From assembly GCA_000708835.1 (NCBI GenBank), contig DF237058.1:1-64000 (forward strand): a stretch of DNA of 64,000 nt, read 5' to 3'. Source of the stretch: Klebsormidium nitens. Taxonomy: Eukaryota; Plantae; Klebsormidiophyceae. The notes beneath the pieces are model-generated. The model was given only the letters and a program-made list of their open reading frames with translations. It made no database searches and was not told where the DNA came from. This document shows, in pieces, positions 54,733-64,000 of the stretch (the stretch's first letter is position 1; each line of letters opens with the position of its first letter). The position numbers were made by a program, and so were the translations under genes.

Positions 54733-57567
54733 CTAACGTGCCCCAAACGGGGTGAAGTAGAAGTCTACAATCTGAAACCCGGGGAGGGTCGCTGACGTCA
54801 CTCTGACGTCGAAGTAGAACGTCAGGGTTGGGTTGACGGACGGATAGTCCGCTTGGAGACCGACGCCCACTACGACACCGCGGCTCAGGGCAATACCTGC
54901 GTCCGTAACCTGTACGAAGTACAAGTGCGGACGCGTCAGAAAGGTCCGCACCCAAGAGAAGGAAATGTAGCTAGCCAGGAGTTGTAGCCTCTCATTCTAT
55001 ATTTCAGCCGTTCGCGAGCTCCGGTTTTGTTGCAATTGGCCACGTCCAGCTCTGACTTCGTTCGTTTCTCATGTGTACTTACGTACGCTCAAAAAATAAT
55101 TGAGTCGAACGGAAGTGATAGTCAGCTTTAATCATTCAAGGCCTGCGGACGAAGCTTTCTCCTGAAAGGTTGAAGCACGTTTACCTTCGACAGATGCAGC
55201 TGACTTCTTTGACTTTCTAAAATTGTCCTCCGGTTTGGAAAGGACCTGATTCTGACGTTAGCATATGATCCTGCTCGGGTTCCTAGAGCGAAATCATTTG
55301 ACAAGGGTGACTTCACAGAATCTGTAAGTAAAACAAATTCACCGGGTTCTCGCAAGTAACATTACTTCTAACGTGTCGATCTCTTCCTGTTTTTCCGGCG
55401 GGCCAGGCGCAAAATTGTCCCGGAAAAACAACCAGTTTCCCAACAGATTTTTCCTCAACGTCCAAACAAATCAATCCTAAAAGAAGAGACTTGACTATCT
55501 TTCCTGGACGAATACTATGTTTGGGCAGCGCAGAACCTCAAAACAATTCAACACCAAATTCACATACGTACGTACCAGAGAGTCGTACTTCTACGACGTA
55601 ATGACGTCAGCGGGCACCCACCTTGAAGATGCTGCGGTAGTCGCTCCCGGCGGGAATCTGCAGCGCGGCCCGGAGTTCGTCGAACACGCGCTCAGTCTGA
55701 CCGTCCGCGAGGACAGGTGGACGGTTTATGATGTCCGGATGGTACGTGGCGCCTCGTTCGACGGCCGTCGTGTAAAGGGCGTAATCGTTGTTGCCGATCG
55801 CCGTGAAAAAAGTGACGAGGACGTTTCCCGCGTCGCGAACGCCTTGCGGCTGGTTGGCGGGGGAGCCGGGGATGGACACGTGGCCGTCGCAGCCATCTGC
55901 CAAGGGGGATTGAAGGGTTCAGACACTTCTGGTTGCTTCTAGTTGGGGTTTGATTCGGACAATGTTAATTGAAAGATCTTCGAAAAGGCGTCAAAGCAGA
56001 AAGCAGAGCAGGTGTCGGTTCGGAGTATTGTGTCCTGCCAGAGATCCGATCCATATACGAAAAGATGAACGGGCAAGAGGTGCTGAGCATAGAGAACGAG
56101 TTGGATCTTGCAGAAAAACACCCATGAGGATTATCTTTCTTTTCAGTGTCTATCAGAATGCTGACAATCGATGTCTGGCAACACAAAGTTGGACTTCAGA
56201 ATGATTTGAAGGATCGAGGAACACGGATATCGGAGAGCGCCATGAAACAGTGTTTTCTTAGCATTTGAAGGATGCGGGCAAAGCTATCACTCCTCTCTGC
56301 AGGTCAGCTAGAGCAAGTTTTGCAGGAGATCAATCAATCAAATCTACGTTCAGCAACGCTCTAAAATGGAAGGCCTAAGGTCAGCATTGTTCAAGGACAA
56401 CAATTGAGAGCATCACTGAAGGGCGATAAGTCAAGAACCAACGGAAAAGGCGGGGTGAAACCCGAGGTCCTTACCAAGGACGCAGTTCAACGAGCTGCCA
56501 TCAGCAGAAAAGCTGCACGGGAGGAGAGAATCGAAGACTTGGTTTCATTTCGAGGACTCGTTAGAGCTGCACACGGGCCTAGAAAGCTTGAGCCTTGTGG
56601 GGTGACTTGAACAGTATCAACGCTCAACGAGGCACATGCGGGAACTTCGTCTGGCGTCGTCGCTCTGCTCAGCTTTTGAAAGCCAGCTTCGCTTGCTTGG
56701 GGTGTTTCGAGAACGGCGGAAAACCAGTTGGTTTTCATCCTTGACAGTCACAGGAAAATTGGAAGAGAAACATGGGAGTCTGAACATAGGCCAAGGATTC
56801 AACAGCGTAGCCGCTCGATCATTGGGCGTCCTGCTTCCTTTTTGGTACCGAGGACGCTGAACGCAAATAATGTTTCTTTTGTTGGGCGAACGAGTTTTAT
56901 GTTTTGGGTGCGTCCGACTCCATCTCGCAAAAGGATACTCAGAGAACCACCAGAAACGCGATACAAAAGCGGGACAGTTCTTGAGGCATCGCGAAACTGC
57001 ACGCAACAGCAAGCGGCAAAATCTGGTGTCACGTTGTTAGCAAGCGTTGCAAAGAGACGGTGGTCAGAGTCAGTACTAACAAAGCAGTGGGCCAGGATGC
57101 TTCAGCGCCTAGCCAGATTGGTGGCTCAGCGCACGTGGTTTGATTCACTGGATATTGGGCCTGTAAACCTGGGTGTGTTGACGGGGGTGTGTTGACGGGG
57201 GTGATTCAAACTAAGAGGTTTTCAGCTGGCAATGAGGCAGTTTGAGCATGGAGGGTTCACAGGAAGGAATGGCTGTTCCCTGGAAAAGCTCCGGGCTCTG
57301 ACCCCTGGGAAAAGGCATTACTCCCTGTGACGTTGATATCAGACCAGTTCCGTCCTCAACTATTCAGAGAGTGCTTAGGGCGCGGGGTTAGTTTGCTTAC
57401 CATGGGGTAAAGCCCAGCTCGTAGGGGCATACCGACGGGTCCAGCTGCAGGAGCTTCCGGGAGGCGCGCGCGGCACTGCAACTAGCATGGGCGCACGGCA
57501 GAATGCAGCACGCAACGAGCACTGCTGCCCAGAGGATGCTGCTGGCGGAGCGGTCCGCGGGCGCCAT
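54733..57567 (-). CDS. Putative secreted protein with signal peptide, RKLLQ motif and Cys-rich N-terminus, possible NTF2/SnoaL-like domain, ~218 aa, 4 exons
   Basis: Exons 57567-57401, 56512-56475 (38 nt), 55896-55622, 54909-54733 give a continuous frame with phases 2, 1, 0: MAPADRSASSILWAAVLVACCILPCAHA...RKLLQLDPSVCPYELGFTPC/FSADGSSLNCVL/DGCDGHV...LVTFFTAIGNNDYALY... No confident homolog is recognised. Confidence 0.7.
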
Positions 57568-58200
57568 TGCTTTGTGGGCTGCTTTGCAAAGCGTGGCAAA
57601 AGATTGGGTCGCTTAGAAGGAGGAATTGTTGGTGGAACGGGGACGGACGGCCGCTTTGATTGGGCCCTTCTCCAGTGGGTTTGGCAAGGACACTGGGTTG
57701 GTTCGCTTTCAGTCGATTGCAAATATGCAATGGTTGAAACATCAAGCAGGGCGTTTTAAGCTTCTGGGGCTTTCTGTGGCAAGGGGATCACTCTGATGGG
57801 ACAAACGCGAAGCAATCAATAACAGCTGTTGCAAAACAAACCGGAGCAAGGAAGAGCGCAGCGGAGGGTTGTCTAGCCAGCTCTTGAAAATACCGGGTTG
57901 TGCATATCAAAGAACAGATGGTACTGCGGGGTCACTTTCCTGATCGAGCTGCTGTGCCGGAGACTCCATTAATTGTGCCAGTGACAAAGTTGCTAATCAC
58001 AGCGCCCTTCGTTAGCTGACGTACTGCAAAATGGCTGAAAGGCAATAATATCGCCGAGCAGGCAGCACACTTTATGCTGCACGCGTTACGTTCACAGTGG
58101 CATTGTGCTGAAGAAGGGCACATATGGAGCACGCTGCGAACAGATCGACTCAGTGTGCTGGTCTGAAGGACCGCACATGCCTGGTCGGGCGACGGGTGAC

Positions 58201-58280
58201 TGCACTGTGCACTGTGTGCACTGTGCACTCTTCATAGGCCCAGTATACACTGAGCCGGTGACGCCGGTGACAGCCGGTGC
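58201..58280. repeat. Short repeat clusters (TGCACTG x4; GCCGGTG x3) in the secreted-protein / SDE2 intergenic region
   Basis: TGCACTGTGCACTGTGTGCACTGTGCACT at 58201-58229 and GCCGGTGACGCCGGTGACAGCCGGTGC at ~58253-58280. Confidence 0.75.
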
Positions 58281-58570
58281 AGCTGTCGGCAGTGCCGTCG
58301 CCCATGACGGTGATTGCCCGCACTTAATGAGCCACGTCCGAGTACGGACTCCGATTGTGTACGCCACATACGTATACGTTCAGCACCAGCGTATAACGCC
58401 CCCTTATGAGGCTGCTACTCTAGCTGATCCAGCACAGAGACAGGCTGATCGAGGAGGAAGCTCCGAGGAGGAGTACCTAAGTAGACGAGCTAGGGCCGGC
58501 AGGACCTCAGAAAAGTTGTCAGGGCGCAACTTTGGTTCTTTCAAGGGTGCTTTGAATCCGACTAGCGAAT

Positions 58571-60065
58571 ATGGCGTCGTTTCAGGTGTTTGTAAAGAAT
58601 CTGCAAGGGGAGAGCAAGTGTCTGAGAGTTGGGACGCCTTCCGTGACGGGCAGGGAGCTCGTTGGTCTTGTCGAGGATGCTGAAGGCATCCCCTCAGTTT
58701 TCACTCGCCTTGTGACTGGGACTAGCCAGCTGGACGATGACAGCATCCTGTCCGCGGACGACCGTGGCTTGTTTCCTTCCTGCACACTTTTGGCGCGGTT
58801 ATTGGGAGGGAAGGGGGGTTTCGGCTCGCTGCTCAGGGGTTCCCAGTCGCAGAAGAAGACGACGAACTTTGACGCCTGCAGAGACATGAACGGGCGGCGG
58901 CTGCGGCATGTAAATTCGGAGAAGAAGTTGGTCGAGTGGCAGGAGCAGGCAAAGGACAGGGAGCAGGAGAAGCTGGCCGCAGAGCAGGTGAAGAAAGACG
59001 AGCGGGAGCTGAAGCAGAAGGTGGAGAAGGACAACGCCCTGGCGCAGCTGCGGGAGCAGACGGAGGTCATTCTTGACAAGTAAGACATGATTGGAGGTTG
59101 GATCTCCAGGATCCAGATTAGGGTTCTGCTGCCATTTTTGTCCATCTTCGCCCGTGCGGCCCCCAGGGAGGTTTTGAAGGGGAGCAAGTTTCAGTCAAGG
59201 TCCCGCAGGTGCTCAGCAACGTTGGCCATCTCCGATACAACATGTCATTGATCTGGAGGCTTGCCCGGAATCCAATAGCTTGTATCTGACTTGATGCAGG
59301 TGGATGTGATTGAGCAGTATTGTCTTCTGCTTCACGAATTGTCTCACTTTCAGAGTGCCCCGTAGAGGAGTTCATATTGTAAGAAACATCCTTCAGATGC
59401 ATGTCACTTGCCTTTTGTTAGACGTCTGATTCATGCTTATGACGTGCAGGGTTGAGGACGCAGTCAAAGACGCCATGAGCTCCAAGGCGGCAGGCAAGCG
59501 CAAGGTGGAAGAACCGGAGAGCGTTTCGGTGGTCAAGCGGGTGCGTATGTTTGGGATCCTCGAGGAGGAGGACGAAGAGGAAAGCGGTGACGAAGATGAG
59601 GGCCTGGATAAGGATGCTACTGTCGGTCCCTCTGGGGTGGCGACGGGGGACGCCGTCGGGCCCTCTCATGCTACATCGGAGGCGACTGCAGAGGATGCCG
59701 CTAAGAGGGACGAGAAGACGGATGTAATTAGCGGAGAAACTGAAGCCGGGAGTGCGGGTGATCAGGGGAATGACACAAATGCTGGGGCGGATGTAGAGAA
59801 TGCGCATCGCCCTGCTGTGGCATCGAATGATGGGGAGGCCAAGGAGTACGGACGGCCATTGGATTTCAGCATGTTCGAATCGGCGCAGGAGATGGAAGCG
59901 TTGGGGTTAGAAAGGCTCAAAGAGGAGCTGCAAGACAGGGGCCTCAAGTGCGGGGGCAGCTTGAGCGAAAGGGCGGCGAGGCTGTTCTTGCTGAAAAGCG
60001 TGCCGCTGGAGAAGCTTGACAAGAAGCTATTCGCAAAAGCACCTTCAAGCAAGAAGGGCACGTAG
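58571..60065 (+). CDS. SDE2: SDE2 (ubiquitin-fold-activated splicing / replication-stress factor), 374 aa, 2 exons
   Basis: Exons 58571-59079 and 59450-60065. Ubiquitin-like N-terminus ending in the LLGG|[10 protein letters not shown] processing motif, [19 protein letters not shown], and C-terminal SAP-like [29 protein letters not shown]. Confidence 0.94.
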
Positions 60066-60994
60066 ATTCGCTTGGAACCGGGGTGCAGAGCATTTGGTTA
60101 GTGAGGATGACAATAATATACCTAGAGAGTAGATTCCAAGGTCTTTGTATGTACATTGGAAAGTGTTGACGGTTTGCTTGGATGCCAACCTTGCTGTAGA
60201 TTCAGTGCGTTTGCCTCTTTCGCATATTCAATCTTAAAGAGAGACGGTTGCACTAGGCGGAGGCTGTCTGTGCAGTGCTGCAAAAATGCGGGTAGGCCTA
60301 GCGGCCATGGGTAACATTGAGTCATTCAGCTCATTCTGATCACGTTCTGTAGGAATTCATCAGATTCGAAATAGGCCCGTGGCAACCATTTTATGGCATC
60401 CAATATTGTTGCAAATTAATAACCTGCACGTTTTGGCATGTGGTGCCATGACTGTCTATAAGGACCGACGAGTTGAAAATGGCGCGCCTGACATGTTTTA
60501 TGTGCCCAGTGCTGAATACAAACGAGTATGTTGGTGGTATATGCCTGGCAGCCCGCGTACCAATCTATCTGCAATTCTAGGCTTGCATGTTGCACGCATG
60601 CCAGAAAACATTGATTCAGTTCCACCTTCAGTAACCATGGAGTCGTTTCACATACCAAGCATCCACATGTTGACCAGGTCCGCGGCTGATATCGGAATTT
60701 ACTCTGCTAGCCAAAACAAATCAGCTGACGCAAAGGCCACCACATGTACAATGCATCTGAACCAAGACCGGGCTGCTCTAATCAAGGCATGATTGGCAGT
60801 AGAGGATTCCGGCAACAAAAAACTTAAGACTTGTAGGAACATGCACAATCCCAAAAGACATGGGATCAATTAAGTGAAATTTGAACGACTGCTGGGATCA
60901 TGACGATGACTTGTGCCAGAAGTGCAACGTGATTATAGCGGGGCCGTCCCAAGGCAAGGAACCAGTATTCAGAATTGTACATGGGTGCTTGTGT

Positions 60995-62916
60995 CTACTC
61001 GTCCTCCTGGCTGCGAAGGCGGGCGGCACCGTTGGTGAGGGCAATGTTCAATTGCCGAGCCCTCTCTACGATGGCCTTCCTCTTCAGGGTGGACACGTTG
61101 TGAGCAATCTCGGCGCAGTATGTCCTGCAAAGAAGGGAAGGCGCCGGTTAATCTTCTGAATCAACCATCGATCCAACAGATTAGGACAATCAAGCTTGCC
61201 TGTCCTGGTCGGCGGGGATAGACCTCTGAACACTAGTAAAAAGGCAGCCCTGTGAGGTTCCATTTTGTTGGAATTACGAAGGCCTGAAGTAAAAGGTTAA
61301 CTTTTACACCGTCCCGTCCGGACGGTACTGAGGGCACCAAGCTTGATGCCCGGTACTCAATCTTGCCGAAACAGTTGAAGAATACTTACTAATACGGATC
61401 AATGACCTTTTGCCAGACTTCCTAGCCAAGTATATCAACCACCAAAAGGAAAGTACATGGTTCAACCCTTCCATATCAACGATCCTCCATACAACAACAG
61501 TAAGGGACTGGGCAAGGCTTAGTCCATTCACACCTAATCACTGAATTGACCTCCAAATCGGACAACTTCAAGGAAGTTGCAAAGGACCCCACAAACTAAA
61601 ATCGCTCAGCAATTCAGCAAATCTATCTATCTCTGGTCCCCCCAAACCCCGCCCCTCTTCAGAACTGGGACTGCCAATTGATTGGACCCACTTAAATTGC
61701 TCCTTGGTTTGCCCCGGCCTTAGATTCACTGGCCTGACAAGATGCGCATATCTCGTCAATGAATCTGCCAAATTGCTGTGTCGCGGGCGGGTGCCGACAG
61801 CTCTCTAAACCTTGATGAAAAGCTCACAGGAACAATCTATCGTAAGTTGCTCGGCACTTTCCAGGCTATGGAGTAAGCGGATCTCAGGGCACGAGGATTG
61901 TGCGCGTAACATTACTACTCAACTTGCCGAGACAGTGCTTTGGTAATCTCCTTATTGAACAGCTCAGCCCTCTGCATTTTCTAAGGCTTAATGACCAGTG
62001 ACAAGACTGATCAACTTTGCGGATGAGCAGGCGCCAGCAAAGTGCCTACTCGAGGCTAACTCATCTTAAAATTGCTTGTGCAAAGACACTATATTTGCGC
62101 ACTTGCGCGAAAAGCCCGTGGTTGAGATTCTCTTTGATCGTCGAATACTGCCCAGTTGCTTGCCCAGACAAACTAGCTTTTGTGCTCCTGGCAACTAGCA
62201 ACTGCATGCTCATCTTCAACACCTCAACCATCAGAGGACGCGATCGCTGGTGTTAAAACAAGCGGACGCACCAAGCGTGCTCATACCCACAGCTTAAGAG
62301 CTATACCGCCTCCATCAAGTATGGTAATGGTCTAACCCTGCAACCCTCACCTGTTGTGCATAAGCAGGAGGTCCAGCTCCGCCACGTTGGCCACCAGGAA
62401 CTTCTTGAACCCGTTGGGGAGGGTGTGCCTCGTCCTCTTGTTCGACCCGTACCCGATGTTGGGCATCAGCGTAACGCCCTTGAACTTCCGCCTCACTCTG
62501 CAATCAATACCCTTGGGCCTGCGCCAGCTCGGCTGCACACAAAAAACCCCTCCTTATGAGCTCTTCTGAAATACTAGAATTTACCTAATGCTCTCGGTGC
62601 ACGAGAGTCACCTTGTGGACCCACAAAATCTGAAAGACCATTACCATCACAAGAAAGACAGTGTACGCCCCGCTGCTGAAAGTTTACTCTAAAAACTTCG
62701 CTCTGCAACTAGCAAACTCGGGATCGAGATGACTTTTCAACCGTGTGCCTCTACCGCGCTGCCCGTGCCTCTGCCCTCTTCATGAATGTGCGCTACAAAG
62801 CAAAAATACAAAAAAAACCCGCTCACCTTGACAGCAATCTTCCTGTCATGTTGCATACGCTTGAACCTCTTGAGTCTCTTCTTCACAATCGTGTGCTTCA
62901 CCAAGGGGGCCACCAT
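60995..62916 (-). CDS. RPL32: 60S ribosomal protein L32 (eL32), 133 aa, 3 exons
   Basis: Exons 62916-62827, 62532-62351, 61124-60995: [25 protein letters not shown]...[17 protein letters not shown]...[10 protein letters not shown]...[10 protein letters not shown]...RLRSQEDE. Confidence 0.97.
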
Positions 62917-63544
62917 CTTGACAGACGCGTCGCCCGCCGGCCCTGTTGCGTCCTGCGCTCAGTTGGGGAGGAGGCCGAAAGAGGGCCAGAGAGACGAAGT
63001 CTTCGAGGTTTGATCAGCATCCGCAGTGCTCGATCTGGAGGTTTGGTCAGGGCATGTTTCGACGAATTCAGTTTGTTGTCAGGAAAATACCTGTTGTGGA
63101 ATCTTGTCATCGAAAATGTTCACTCAAACGGGTTCTTCGGAGTCCCATTTCTCCTGTGCTGCCACCGAGTATTCTTTGTGCGCAGAGTTCGATCTGGCAC
63201 CAGAGCACAGACTCAAGAGTCAGAGCTCTCTGCAAAGCATCCAGAATCACTGTACAGCAGGAGGTGCTGCATTCCTGCAAAGCGGCAGGGCGCCTCTCAA
63301 GCCTTGCAGTGGCAGGTGGAATGCAGTAGTCATTGCTGTGGCTGGTGAGGGCAGTTAAGAGCAAGTGTCCACTTGGCCTCCGACACCGCATTCGTGCGCT
63401 GATCAGGAGGCATTGTATTCTGCTTTATCGAGTTGAAAGCCAATGATCAGTGAGGAGGTACGCTCATGGTAGCCCTTTGAAATTGTGGTTTAGAGCTCAG
63501 CTGTAACTTTAAGCTGTTCTGGGTACATTTTCTGGGGCGCCAGG

Positions 63545-64000
63545 ATGCCGGCCCTTGAGACGATCATGCGGTTGCCCGCCCCCGAGGCGGGCAGCCTGTC
63601 AGGGCCGTTACCTGCATCGCAAGTTGCGGCGGGGGACCAGAATGGTACCACCGCAGCTCTCCCTCCTAAAAAGGTTGAGATCGTCCCCACACAGACGGAA
63701 GTGGTTGGGATGATCCGGCCGCCTGCAGACATCCGCAGCATCGTGGATAAGACCGCGCAATTTGTGGCCAAGAACGGGCCGGAGTTTGAGAAGCGGATCC
63801 TTGCGAATGAGAAGAACAACGTCAAGTTCAACTTCCTGAATGCCACCGATTACTACCACGCGTATTACCAGCACAGAGTGAACGAGTTTAAGAAGCAATT
63901 GGCAGCCCCGCAGGAGGGGACTGCGCGGGCTGCCGAGGTGCCGGTGGCCGCTCCGGTTGCGGCGCCTGTGGAGGAAGCGCCTCCACCGAAGAAAGAGCTA
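63545..64000 (+). CDS. SF3A1: Splicing factor 3A subunit 1 (Prp21), first SURP/SWAP domain; runs off the window end
   Basis: Open frame from ATG 63545: MPALETIMRLPAP...VGMIRPPADIRSIVDKTAQFVAKNGPEFEKRILANEKNNVKFNFLNATDYYHAYYQHRV. Confidence 0.93.
   Translation, partial: MPALETIMRLPAPEAGSLSGPLPASQVAAGDQNGTTAALPPKKVEIVPTQTEVVGMIRPPADIRSIVDKTAQFVAKNGPEFEKRILANEKNNVKFNFLNATDYYHAYYQHRVNEFKKQLAAPQEGTARAAEVPVAAPVAAPVEEAPPPKKEL

Noticed and set aside
58105-59187. 192-aa plus ORF (58105-58683) and 201-aa minus ORF (58582-59187)
   Set aside because: Off-frame or antisense shadows overlapping SDE2 and its promoter; no domain features.
61125-62350. Possible intronic snoRNA in the long RPL32 intron 2
   Set aside because: No convincing C/D boxes with a terminal stem or H/ACA architecture found by eye; an Infernal/Rfam scan would be needed.
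62743-63348. 201-aa plus ORF across the RPL32/SF3A1 promoter
   Set aside because: Partly antisense to RPL32 exon 1, non-ATG start, and no recognisable motifs.

Overview
Gene-dense, intron-rich eukaryotic nuclear DNA. Plant-like proteins, telo-boxes and RKLLQ-type secreted proteins suggest a streptophyte green alga such as Klebsormidium (inference). I reconstructed 14 protein-coding genes by hand, checking splice sites and phases (60 introns, 2 of them GC-AG). In order: COX19(+), S-formylglutathione hydrolase(-), class III ADH/GSNOR(+), F420/NADP oxidoreductase-family(-), GONST-type GDP-sugar transporter(-), GT61 glycosyltransferase(+), LPA1/DUF3493-like membrane hairpin fused to a COMT-like O-methyltransferase(-), NUDT14-type Nudix hydrolase(+), strictosidine synthase-like(-), UPF0664/WBP2-like(+), secreted Cys-containing protein(-), SDE2(+), RPL32(-), SF3A1(+, truncated by the window end). 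Twelve of the 14 genes sit in head-to-head pairs. Highlights: (1) the two consecutive enzymes of glutathione-dependent formaldehyde oxidation share a 421-bp divergent promoter, and both carry an optional ~90-aa organelle-type presequence; (2) decaying tandem copies of exon-intron junctions fill five introns of the GT61 gene and occur in two other genes; (3) a tRNA-Ala-like RNA has its anticodon arm replaced by a duplicated hairpin; (4) an LPA1-like/methyltransferase fusion; (5) a 372-bp hAT-type MITE with a perfect 8-bp TSD. Family assignments come from recalled motifs; no database search was run.
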